The notes under the pieces were generated by a model, which made no database searches, was not told where the DNA came from, and saw nothing but the letters and a program-made list of their open reading frames with translations. Below, piece after piece: positions 1-11,813 of a stretch of DNA of 64,000 bases; position 1 is the first letter of the stretch, and the number at the start of each line of letters is the position of its first letter. Location of the stretch: assembly GCF_001194135.2 (NCBI RefSeq), contig NC_068986.1, positions 30,869,068 through 30,933,067 on the forward strand, given 5' to 3'. The DNA is from Octopus bimaculoides (lineage: Eukaryota). Made by a program: the position numbers and the translations under genes.

Positions 1-36
<36 letters not shown>
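1..36. repeat. (TG)n microsatellite
   Basis: Direct reading. Confidence 0.95.
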
Positions 37-39
<3 letters not shown>

Positions 40-535
40 GCATGGCTTTGCCCAATCTAATGTTTTTTTCTCTCTCACTTCCCCTTGTCAAAAGGAGTAA
101 CTTTTATTTTCTTAATGAGATTTAATAATATTTGCACAAGATTGTTGTTTTGTTAAATCATGAGTTTTTGAGTTATAGAATTGGGGTTTAAATTCTGTTT
201 TTTTTGTTTTTGCTAACTCTTTATGTGGTTACCTTGCTCTACACCTTTATAGAATTTATGCTGTGCAACAAGTGGATCAAAATGCAGTCCAACTTTTGAT
301 TATTTAATACTTTTGCCTATGTTTCATTACCAAATGCTGTCTAATACATACATTTCTCTTGGTCATTTTTGTTTCTTTTTTTTTATTATATTGAGAAAAT
401 ATTTTTGTCTAGAGTATATGTGCTTTTAATTCCATTTTTTAAAAATTGTAAACACAAATGCTTGGAGATTGTCTTTAAAATATCTTGTGCTAGAAAAGTA
501 CTAAATATTTTCAAGACTATCAGCAGGTAGGAGAT

Positions 536-1812
536 GTGTTGGCTTCATTTCTTTCAAGCCTACACATGTCCTCTGCTGTCACAGCCCATGTTTCACTGCC
601 ATGTAGCACAGCTGTTTGCACACAGGCATCATACAATCTGCTTTTCACTCTGAGCAAGAGGCCCTTTGTTGCCAGCAGAGGTAGGACGTCTGTGAATTTT
701 GTCCAGCCTGATCTTTATTCTCACAGCTACACTCTCAGAGCACCCCACCTCCACTACAAACTTGGTCACCAAGATAATGGAAGCTATCTATTACCTCCAG
801 CATGCCCTCCTGGCAGTTGATGGAGTCTATTTTCTGCCTATTTTCAGCATTTATTGTACTTGTGCATCTTCCGCCTACAAAAGCTAGTTTCCCTGTTAAC
901 CTTCCTCTGATATTGCTACATCTTTTGTGTGTCCAAAACTTACACCAGGTGCATCTTATGGAGTTTTTACCTACGCCTTTTCTACAGATCAAGCAGGGAT
1001 TTGTGATTTGTCTACTTTCCTACTTACCAAGACTTTGGTTCTTGCTAGGTTAGCTCTAAGGCCCTTAGATTCTAGACCTTGTTTCCATACCCGGAACTTC
1101 TTTAGTTCTGGTAGTGATGTCATCAGCATAAAGGAGCTCCCAGGAGCAGCCTGTCTTAAATTCTTCTGTTCTTGCCTGAAGGACTGTTATTGCATGCAGA
1201 ACGGTTTTGTCGTTCTGCATGCATCTTGGGCAGGTCCGTCTGACAGCACTTCTGTGCCTGTAGAGTTTATCTCGAACTGGTAGTGCCAACCAGTAGCACT
1301 GTCAAGCAAGGGTCTTTCTGGAAGTTATCCATTGTCCCAAACTTGAAAGTCCTCTGGAGTAGACTGGTCAGTTCGATTTTGTTGACACCCAGCATCTCTT
1401 CAAGTGTGTCGTCGCACTTTCCCACCACTAACCCTTCATAGAACTCAAAAGTAGATGTTCCACTGACTGATTTTCCCATCTAGTAGAGGACAGTGAGTGC
1501 CTGGCAGCATTCCAAATGCCACTCACCCTGTCTGGGTCTCTTCTTGACCCAGGACTGCAGCTCAGTGAAGAAGACAAGCTAGGGAAAGGCCTGTTTGACA
1601 AATAGCAACCACACCTCTTCACCGTTTAGACAGAATATCTGGAGATGCCACGACCTCGTTGCATGTCTATGCATCATTAGCCATGGCATGCCCAGCCCTC
1701 CACGTAGAGGGTGCTGGCAGCAGATGGACCACCTCACCAACGGAACCTGTCCCTTCCACAAGAATTTGAAGAGGTGCTCCAACTTGGCAAGGTGTGAACA
1801 GAGGCAAGGCAT
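536..1812 (-). mobile_element. Decayed RTE-clade LINE fragment (reverse transcriptase, with PHD-like Cys/His finger)
   Basis: Minus-strand pieces: EEFKTGCSWELLYADD (YADD motif), GLESKGLRANLARTKVL, LEVIDSFHYLGDQ, and LYDACVQTAVLHGSETWAVTAED; broken by frameshifts. Confidence 0.85.
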
Positions 1813-3487
1813 GACAGATATATTATTATATATACATTATATTGTAGTGTAATATGATGACCCATCAGTGCATTATGTTATATTGTAAATGATGCTTTTC
1901 CATAAGACAAGCGAGTAGAATCCACAAAAAACTATTTTGAATTCTCTTTTCTTTTTTAAAGGTGGTGGTGAAAGTGTGTGTGGTGGTGGTGGTGGTAGGG
2001 GGGGGGGTTGAANNNNNNNNNNNNNNGGGGGGGGGGGTTGAATGCTTCAGCTTCTGATTTCCTCTCCCTTACAAATTCATTATTTAATATTATTTTTTAT
2101 GTTTGTTTATTTATTGACTTTATTTACTTTTTCCTATAGAAGGTGTGCTAAAGATCCACTCACTTGTATATTGTGTTCATTGTCCAAAAATTTCAATCAA
2201 CTGATCTTATTGGAGTTATCTACCTTATTGATTTTAGTGTCCAAATTACTTGGATAATATCAGTTAATTGAAATTTTCCAACCAGCTATTTTAAAATAGC
2301 AGTGGGAAATCCTTCTGTATTCAGTGTGTAAAATGCTCCCTAGAGTTATCTTTCCCTCTTTTGTATTGCTATTGTATTACACTTTATTTCTCATTTGTAT
2401 AAAGATAGTAATTTTTTTTTCCAGATTTATTTTTATCCTTTGGCATTGAGGGAATTATTTCGATAGCTTAATAATTTATACTTATTTTATTGTAGCTGTA
2501 TTGTAGCTGCTTACTGTTCAGCCTTTTTATTTGTTTTATTTTATTTTATTTTTGATTATATTTATTCTCAGTACACATTGAACCAAAGCAGATAATGGCA
2601 TTAGACTAAGTTGGCTTCGACAAATTAGCTACTAGTGTTACTTCAGTTTGTGACAATAAAACTATTGATTATCCAGCTAATAGAATATCAAATTGACACC
2701 TGACCTTGATATTTAGTTAGCTAGTAGATTGTGATCTTGAATTTGTCTCATTGATAAGGCTCATGCTATTTTCTGGCTAACTAGGTCTATGATATTTAAT
2801 CCAATGTCCTATATTTTGGTATTTATGTCTTAAAAGAAATCAACATATGAATAATAGATTTATATTGATAATGTTTCATATAGTTTGATCTTGTTCTTCC
2901 TCTAAGCTAAGAACTGATGTTTAAGAACTACTTCACACAAACATTTTTTAATGAATTTAACTGTATACTAACTTAAACCTTAATAGTATGATAGCAATAT
3001 TCTACAAATTATAGCTAATTGCTAATTCAGTAAAATATTTATTTTTCTTCCTATATTTGATTTAACAATTAAATCATTAGATTAACCTTTTTGTAAACCA
3101 TATTTCTAACTGAATATACTGTCTACATGTTTCAATTTTGAATATAATAAAAAATTTTGGATGGCTATAATAAAATAACTAACTTCTCCAGTGTTAAGCT
3201 TGTGTTTGAAGCATAACTTAAAATTCTGACATAAAATCACAAAGGAATGTTTTAATTTAAAGACAAAGAAAACTTTAAAATATAAAATAAGTTTTGTATC
3301 ATAGATAAGAGATTGTCTGGAGTGGGGTGGTGCGGTTAAATCTCCCCCCCCCCTCTCTCCAAGGACTCTCCCCTCGTTACTTTAGAATAATTTTTCTGCA
3401 TTGAGGTTCTTCATGGCTTGAATACTTCTTAAAATATACAAGTACTTGCCTTATTGATGTTTTATGGTCATTACACCTGGCTTCCAG

Positions 3488-3592
3488 GTACAATACCACA
3501 TGGACTTTGAGAAAAACAAGGACAAGTACACAGTTGTAGCAGACAACCCTGATATGCAACGGTGTTTGATGGCTTCAAAGAATGCAAGTTTG
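3488..3592 (+). CDS. Lasp: Nebulin-repeat exon 1 (105 nt, phase 0-0): VQYHMDFEKNKDKYTVVADNPDMQRCLMASKNASL
   Basis: cttccag|GTACAA...AGTTTG|gtatga; open frame of exactly 35 codons with nebulin repeat pattern. Confidence 0.9.
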
Positions 3593-3724
3593 GTATGAGA
3601 TGCCTACCTATCTGTTCTTGATGCCCCAAGTTATTGTTTTGCATGGTTTAGAGTTTACTTACCATGGGAACAGACCAGTTCAGTTTTACCAAAGTGTGCA
3701 TACTGTTTACATGCACAAAATAAT

Positions 3725-3738
3725 GCTCTCTCTCGCTT

Positions 3739-3799
<61 letters not shown>

Positions 3800-3800
3800 G

Positions 3801-3833
<33 letters not shown>

Positions 3834-3837
3834 TTCT
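3725..3837. repeat. (CT)n microsatellite
   Basis: Direct reading; source of spurious RERE/LSLS ORFs. Confidence 0.95.
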
Positions 3838-4405
3838 CATGTTTGTTCAGTCTCTCCCTCACACACACCATACACTGAAAAATACAATTAATGAATGAGA
3901 AAACAAATTATCAAACAGACCTCTTCGAAATGTAAATTGATTTTCAACAAATGACTGTATAACCTAATGTCTTATATCATACATTTGTACAGTCTCTACT
4001 TCGGAAATTTGACATTGAAGTGGTTGCCTTTAACATCAACAGACCTTTTTGATTGTCCTAAGTTGACAAATTTGCTTACCAATGGAAACAACAGCTATCT
4101 TCTTGCTGAAAACTTCCAAAACTAAATTTACTCTTCAAGTTGCTGACATCAGCATCCACTTCATTCTCACTTTGTATACATAGGCTTTATTCAGACGTTT
4201 TTGATGGACCTTTCATGAACAATCATCTCCAAAACATCTCACAACTGGTGATAGAACAATTTAGTTTTATTCAAAACTCCACACACTGTATATCTGATCA
4301 TATTGAATACAGAGGTTACTAGTGCCTCAAACATTAGATTCTGAGACACCTAGTAACAATCTCTAATTACCTTTATGAGAATATTTCTCCTTGTCTTTCA
4401 TATTT

Positions 4406-4640
4406 GAGGTGGTGAATCAGCATAGGCTGTAAATTGGCAGTCATTTGAGTGTTGGATAAACCTACCTTGTGGTATTTGTTCTGACTCTGTAGGCTCTTAG
4501 TTCAAATCCTGCTGAGGTCAACTTTTCTTTAATCCTTTTGGAGTACCAATTCAAGATGGCGAAGTGGTGGAACAAGATGCCTTGCCATATTTGTTCTGGC
4601 TTTTTGCATTCTGAGTTCAAATCCCGCCATGGTCTACTTA
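4406..4640 (+). mobile_element. Two decayed heads of a tRNA-derived SINE (family C: GGTGGTGAGCTGGCAG...GAGTTCAAAT)
   Basis: B-box-like GTTCAAATCC twice; similar to copies at 9298, 29920 and 48892. Confidence 0.55.
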
Positions 4641-6599
4641 GGTAGTAGACTTAACCCATTTCCAGTTTAACACCACCACCTGGAACCTTGGCTTTAGCAG
4701 AGTCTATTCTGTTGCAAAGGTTCAAGCTAGGTCTTTGATTTGAAGATGCCTTCTCTCCACCAGTCTTGGAGACTGTATGGCCTTCTCTTCTGGCTAAAAA
4801 ACCCAAAAAAGTTTCTATGACTTTACAAAGTAAAGTTTTAAAAATATGCCCTTCATTCATATATTATTCAGACATTGTAATAGGTGGAATGGACACGGAC
4901 ACACACACACATGCACAAAACATCAGATATAAAGAAACAAGGCTAGTAAGCTTAATACTTTTTTTTGCGGTGGGGGTGGAGTTTAGTCAAGAGAAAAAGT
5001 CAGCACCCATGACTGGTAGGAGGAAGTTATCCTTGATTGGAGACCTGGACTCAACACTTGCCAAGAATGTATGCTAAAGGGAGCCAAGAAGTGATATTAA
5101 ACTGGGTGACAAATTAAGTTTATCACTCAACAGGAATGGTTTCTCCATCAGGATTTCACACAGTTTCCATGTAGCAAATTTCATTCACAAAGTTTGCCCA
5201 AAACTACATAGTTGCAAGTGAACTTCTTAATCCCACCATTATGTCCACACACATTTCACTTCAAGGCTTTGGTTAGTATGGGGCTATTGGTCCAACTCTG
5301 AGTTGTGTTTTTTCTCTTGTTTCTTAATATTTCCTTTACTATGGTTTCCATTCTGTTGAACATGTTGATTGTATATCAAATTCACCCCAAACATATTCAG
5401 TGCACAAGCTTCTGTTCTTTCTGTGACCCACACCGTTTCTTGCCTCCTAGACCCTGTTACTAAACATTTTTCCAGTTCTTTAGTATTACTCTCTACCCCT
5501 CTGGAACCCCTTTTCCATTCACATATTCTATCCATATACCCAACCTAGTTACCCTGGTTATGATCACTGCCACACCACCTCACACTAATAAATTAAAAAA
5601 AAAAGTTTTGTATAATTCTTGGTTAATTTTAAAGGTAAAATATTATGATGATAGTTGTTTAAAGCATTTCACAGTAGGTGTGACTGCAATAGTGTATTTT
5701 GTTAAAGTATATTTGGAATGTTGATAACTAACAATATGGAATGCTACAATATAGTGTGGAATTACATCACTTAAAGGTTTGGTTTTTGTGTGAATTTCTG
5801 CACTTGCAAATTTAATATAAACATTCCAACCAATGCCAACACGAAAAAAATATATATAAAAAAATATTAATAAATATAAAAAATGTGGTATGTAAAAGAA
5901 TATAGTTTTTGTAAAGAATAGCTTTTTTTCTTAATATACTGATTTTTAACTTCACCTTTGTTAAAGTAAGTTGAGTAGGTCTGTAAAATATATTTTATCA
6001 GTTCTTTGAAGCAATGCAGGAAAACTTTCATGTGGAAAGAAAACATAGAATTAGTTATTAACTGTCATTTAATGCCTAATGTAGTGTTAATGTCTGTTTT
6101 TTTCTTCTTCTCCTTTTTCTTAAGAAAATGTGTGAAATTACGAAAAATATTTTAGCTAAATCAGTAAAAAAAAATTATTAAAAAATAAAGAATTATATAC
6201 TTAACAGTAATGTATTATTAAAGCTTTTGCCCATTTTTACCCCAAACTCTTGATCTTGCCCAAACTTATATCTGTGACAAAAATATATTCTTATGTGAAA
6301 TCTTGTAAGAGCTTTCCTTGTTTATTGAAGTCAATTCTACCAAAAACTTCAACAGCTTTATTATGAACATAACATTCTTTTATTATTCTGTTTTATCTTT
6401 TTTTTATTCTATTAATACTGTTGAATTGTAAAAATCATCCAGTTATCTCCTTAACTAATTCTGTTAAAAAAGGGCTCGAATCATCTCTCATTTTAGATTT
6501 CTGTGTCTTACTTTTCTATCTTTGCACAAATAGTATATAAATATTGACTTGTCCTATATTCCTTCTAATACTTTGTGAAATTCTATCAATATCAGACAG

Positions 6600-6810
6600 A
6601 CATATGCATATATTGCATAGGAATGATGATATTGATGATAATGAAACATAGCTACCTGAATTGTATCAGGAAGAGAACTGACAAATTTATCCTCATCAGG
6701 AAATACATGGAAAGATTCCAAGGATCTGTAAATGCCAACAATATCTCATCAGAAATGTCTTATCAGCAATATTCTATGGAAAGCTTTGCACCACATTTGA
6801 ACTAGATTTA
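6600..6810 (+). pseudogene. Possible piggyBac-type transposase remnant
   Basis: Across frames reads ILHRNDD and RKRTDKFILIRKYMERF, reminiscent of the piggyBac LHFNDN...DKFxxIR segment; multiple stops, weak. Confidence 0.3.
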
Positions 6811-7339
6811 AACAGTCTTGCTTACCAATTGAAGATATCTTCTCTCTCCTTTATTTAGTACTTGTTTACCTTTTGCTTTTATATTGTTATATTTTATAAC
6901 TTTTTTAGCTTCTGAATTTTATTTTTAAATGCAATTACCCATTGGTGTCTGCATTTTGATGGGAGGAGGAGGAGACTCTCCCACTAATTTTTTTAATGTT
7001 TACTTTGCTCAGTGGGTTGGCAACGTTGATGGAATGTTAGATTGTAGGCTTTGTGATATTGAGATAAATACTTCTGTTCTGAATTGAATTATCCCTTCAT
7101 CTCTGACAATGTTGTTGTTGTTGGTTAGCCCAAGATCAGTGCTGATCAAGTAAGCCTATCATCAAAGGCATTCCAGCTATAACCAGCTTGTCTTTTTTTT
7201 TTTTTTTCTCTCTTCAAGATAATATAGTCTGAGTGTACCTCAGACTATATCATCAAATGTTTCCTTTTTAAGATGATAGGCTGAAGCTTCACAGATTTTG
7301 GCTGTTGTTTCAAGCAGGTTGAGTGACCATGCACTCCGT

Positions 7340-7704
7340 TGCTTACGACGTCGAGGGTTCCAGTTGATCTGATCAACGGAACAGCCTGCTCGTGAAATTA
7401 ACGTGCAAGTGGCTGAGCACTCCACAGACACGTGTACCCTTAACGTAGTTCTCAGGGATATACCGTGTGACACAGAGTGACAAAGCTGACCCTTTGAATT
7501 ACAGGCACAACAGAAACAGGAAGTAAGAGTGAGAGACAGTTGTGAAAGAGTACAGCAGGGTTCGCCAACATCCCCTGCCGGAGCCTTGTGGAGCTTTAGG
7601 TGTTTTCGCTCAATAAACACTCACAGCGCCCGGTCTGGGAATCGAAACCACGATCTTATGACCGCGAGTCTGCTGCCCTAACCACTGGACCATTGCGCCT
7701 CCAC
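7340..7704 (-). mobile_element. Near-complete, CpG-rich tRNA-derived SINE (family B), inserted into an older dispersed repeat
   Basis: Reverse complement begins GTGGAGGCGCAATGGTCCAGTGGTTAGGG (A box) ... GGTTTCGATTCCCAGACC (B box); related heads at 37840 and 59495. Confidence 0.8.
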
Positions 7705-8045
7705 ATTTAGGGACCTATAAGACTGATTTTAATGCAGTGTGTTCCTTCTTTTCCCAAGACCGCGGAGTATGATTTGAAGGGGGTTTGGCTTCCTCATTCA
7801 TTTCCTCAAATGAATGAATGATTTCATTTGGGAAACAGATGTTAGCTTAATGATGACAGTGGTTAAAAAATCTAGAACTCTCTAGGTTTCATTTGTTGTA
7901 ATTGGTACAATATGTACAAACAGTCTATTTTAGAGTGTTTGTATGTTTTGTTTTCCAATTCCATATTTATCTAACTTAGTTCTGAATTACTCTATTTGTG
8001 TTCCTTTTGGATCTGCATCAGATTTTCTAAAATTTACTTCCTTCA

Positions 8046-8102
8046 ACACACACACACATGCACACACACACACAATCACTCTCTCTCTCTCTCTCTCTCT
8101 CT

Positions 8103-8156
<54 letters not shown>
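8046..8156. repeat. (CA)n + (CT)n compound microsatellite
   Basis: Direct reading. Confidence 0.95.
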
Positions 8157-8159
<3 letters not shown>

Positions 8160-9297
8160 TGTCTGTCTTTCCATTTTAGCATAGGTGTGGAGGGGAGTAT
8201 AATTGAATATTTTGGTTGGTTATGGTCAGTTTAAATGTTACAGGGTTAAACAAAAGTCAAAGTTACAATATAGGAATACTCATATTATGGAAGCATTGTT
8301 TCTGAAAATCTTGCCATGATGCTGAATTCCATAATACAAAACCTATTTTCCAGTTGACTTGCAAAATGAAATCAGTGGGGAAACAAGTTATAGAATTCCA
8401 TATTGTATTAAGATTTTCAACAACACAAATACAGGAGATATCTGAATTCAGATTGCTTGCTGTTTTTTTTTTTAATTCTATTTAATAAATAGGTCTTTTA
8501 GCTTCGTAGTTGTCTCCCCCCCCCCCCATGCACACACATCAAGTTATATGTACATAGCCATTTCTGTGTGTTTGTTTGAGAAATCAGTTGTAAAAATTTC
8601 TATTTCTTGTGGGTAAAGAACTCAAAATGTATTATAGTTAGGGTTCTTTACTTTTCTTGAAGTAGCCAGAATTATATTCTCCATTCTTTTTTCTCTTTTC
8701 TCATACACACAAGCTCACAAATGCTTTTGCCTATTTGAAGGGATGGGTAGGCAGGTGGAGACAGTGACAGACTTTCACATTATGTCAAGAGGAAATAGCT
8801 GCCAGATTTTTGTTGACCTTATTAGATGTCATTGCGAACTCATTAGTAACTTTTGTTCTGCAGGATTTTGTAACTGGTTTCATTTACATATGCCTTATGT
8901 AAAACTATTTCAACTAGATAACTGGTATTGTTTCAACCCTTCCTGCTAATTAAGCAGTTTCAGTACATGTATGCTGTCTGAAACCTTGTGAAACAATGTT
9001 TTCTTTTTTTCTAAAATACACAAGCTTTCAATTTGAAACTTCAATTGGGTCATGTTCACGTTTTTTGCTATTTCTTATATAGAAGTAAAACTAGGTGATC
9101 TCTTCATTATTTTGCATTGAGTTAAGTTTACTTGGTGGTTATTTAGTTTTCCTTAACCATTTCACCAACAACATTATCATTTTATCAGATTGTTATTAAT
9201 GGAAGTAATGAGAACCAAGGCAATATAGTAAACTCTGCATAACTTGTAATGTTGTGTTTGGAAACTGAGTCTGTAAAGTATAATTCTTTCAATTATA

Positions 9298-9497
9298 GGC
9301 ACAATGCCTGAAATTTGTGGGTAGGAAACTAGTAGATAACATCAACATCAGTGCTTAACTGGTATTATTTTATCAATCCTGAAAGCATGAAAAGTGAAGT
9401 CAACTATGGCAGCGTTTTATCTCAGGACATACAACTGGAAAAACTGCTGCTAAGCATTTTGTCCAGCAGGGCTAATGATTCTGCCAGCTTACCACCA
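9298..9497 (-). mobile_element. SINE family C copy
   Basis: Reverse complement starts GGTGGTAAGCTGGCAGAATCATTAGC...AAAATGCTTAGCAGC, as in the copy at 48892. Confidence 0.7.
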
Positions 9498-10180
9498 TCA
9501 ACTATGTAAAATATATTGACAAGAGATATGACATCCAGTATTTGTAGTATTAATATAATTAACAGATTTTGCCATTATTAGCAGATTAAACAACTTTTTA
9601 AAGATCTTTCTTGTGGGCATGATTAGCTTTTTGTTCAGCAATCATGTGACATGAAGCTAAGTGAACTGTTGGCAATTACCAATTTTGAACTATTTTTCCT
9701 AAGAGCATTTCCTGTTATTTTACAACTTAATAACAAAACATTAAGTAAAATTAAATGCTGAGTGTTCATCGTGATTTAGTGTCACTTAAGTGCTAGGTAG
9801 TGTAATTGGAAACCTGGTTGTCCAGCAAGCAATAGGCCTGCTGTATTCATGGCTCTGCTCCAGCATGGTCACCGCTGAGTGGCTGAAACCTGTAAAAGAG
9901 TGTGTAATTATGAGCAATATAATATATTCTCATAATGAGTATATATTGTGAGCATTGTGATCCCATGGAGATACAAATAAACTGAAAAAAAATAATAAGG
10001 TGTAACTTAGAAGAATTAGCATTTTGAATTTAAATTGGTTTTGGGGGAACTCAGTACGTCCATTAATGCAACACACTTGGGACCTGGGTAGTTCTGAATT
10101 ATGAAATATGGTGGTTTATTAGAACTTAATCTTGACAAACAATAAAATCTTGTTTTTTTTTAAAACCAGGTCATAAAATA

Positions 10181-11425
10181 TTGGGTCATCCCATAAATAA
10201 TGCCTTTTTTTTCATACTTCTTTTATTTTTCAAAATTAAGATAATCACAGTTCTTTTTTAATCTAAAATATACCCTCTTTCATTTTCTACAATATTTTTC
10301 CATCTGTCTGGTAGACTTGTAAGGACCCTCTTCCAAAATTTCCTTGTCCGTGATGAAAAATACTCCTCCAGTACTGTTCTGACCTCATCTGCGGAATCAA
10401 TGATAATCAGATGGGGCAATGTCTGGTGAATATGGTGGGTGGGGCATTGTTTCCTCTTCAAAGTGCTCCAACTTTTGGAATGTCGTCCACACTGTATGTG
10501 GCCGAGCATTATTCTGATAGAACACCTTTTGTCTTGAAACCAAATATGATCGTTTTTTTTCTTTCTTTCTAGCACTGGCTTAAGCTGCTCACAGTAGATC
10601 TCCTTTGTTATTGATTGGTTTGTGCTTAAAAGTTCAAAGTGGACTAAACCTTTCATATCCCACCAAACAGATAACAACACCTTATGTGGGTGAAGCCCTT
10701 CTTTAGCCTGGGGTGCTGGTGTTTCTTCTTTCCCTACCCACTGTCTTTGGCACTTGACTTTTTTTATAGAGAACCCATTTCTCATCACCAGTTGCTATTC
10801 AGTTAAAAAAAGCTTCATTCGTGAGACATGACAGCAAAGAATAGCACACATTCACTCTCTGTGTGTGATTAGACTCAGAAAGTTTGTGAGGAACCCATTG
10901 ACCCAATTTGCTGACTTTTCCAATGGCACGCAAGTGTTGATGAATAGTTGAATGACCAAATCCAAGCTTCTCTGCTAGTTTCTCAACAGTTATGATTGGA
11001 TTTTGTTATACCAAGGTTTGCAGGACATCCTCATCAAGCTCTACAGATCTTTCAGGACAACGCTTATCTTCTAGGTTGTAGTTTCTGGCTCAGAATTTCT
11101 GAAACCACTGTTGATACTGTCTTACACTTATTGTCCAGTCCCTGTATATTGCATTAATATTCCTCACACTTACTGTTGCATTGTTGCCTTTATTGAATTC
11201 ATAAAGCAAAATATGCTGAACATGCACCTTTGTCATTTCCATTATAGCTTTGAGAAAATAACTTTTAAAATCAAACTGCACTCTTCAAAACTTGCACTGA
11301 AAATAAGTACAAGGTAAAATTACTGCTTGTTTTTATAACAAGTTGATGCAGGTAGTTTATCCCGTCTCTCTCTGAATTTTAATTCATGCAATTGAAAAAA
11401 CTGCATTATTTATGGGATGACCCAA
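10181..11425 (-). mobile_element. Full-length but pseudogenised mariner (Tc1/mariner) DNA transposon
   Basis: Perfect 23-bp TIRs TTGGGTCATCCCATAAATAATGC flanked by TA on both sides; transposase pieces HILLYEFNKGNNA...WFQKF, LGQWVPHKL, LLSVWWDMKG, PPYSPDIAPSDY with frameshifts and a deletion. Confidence 0.95.
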
Positions 11426-11617
11426 TATTTAACTGCATTTGTTAGTAACCTCAATATCTGCTGACTTCTTTTCACCATTAAAATTTATTTTGTAAATGCC
11501 ATGCTATATTTCAAAATCTCTAATTGCCACCACCAACAACAACTATAAGCACATTCAAGTCTTAGCCATATCTTTACAAAAGAAAATACAATATGAATGT
11601 TTAACTTGAAGCATTAA

Positions 11618-11813
11618 CACTTTTGTTACCATATTTCTGTGTATTTCAATTAATTTTGAAAATAATGGAGAATTTAATGAAATAACTTCATTATTAAGAT
11701 GGTGTTTGAAACAAATTAACATGAAATTTTAATGGGAAGTTTTAAGTTAATTTTAAACAGAAAGTTTGTCTTACAGAACCAGTGGTGTTCTAGGCAGGTT
11801 GGTTTCAGAAGGG
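11618..11813. mobile_element. TTAA-flanked MITE (family 1)
   Basis: TTAA|CACTTTTGTTACCA...GGTTTCAGAAGGG|TTAA; internal similarity to 31656-31874. Confidence 0.7.

Noticed and set aside
735-992. Cys/His-rich ORF as the host gene's LIM domain
   Set aside because: It is on the opposite strand, is continuous with LINE RT motifs (YADD, FHYLG), and its spacing fits a PHD-like finger rather than LIM.
1997-2042. Direct repeat GGGGGGGGGGGTTGAA either side of an N run
   Set aside because: Most likely overlapping contig ends duplicated across the gap.
3582-3878. ORFs with LSLSLS, RERERE, HTHTHT or CVCVCV runs (also near 8000, 37100, 38700, 45700, 48300, 48800, 59000)
   Set aside because: Translations of dinucleotide microsatellites.
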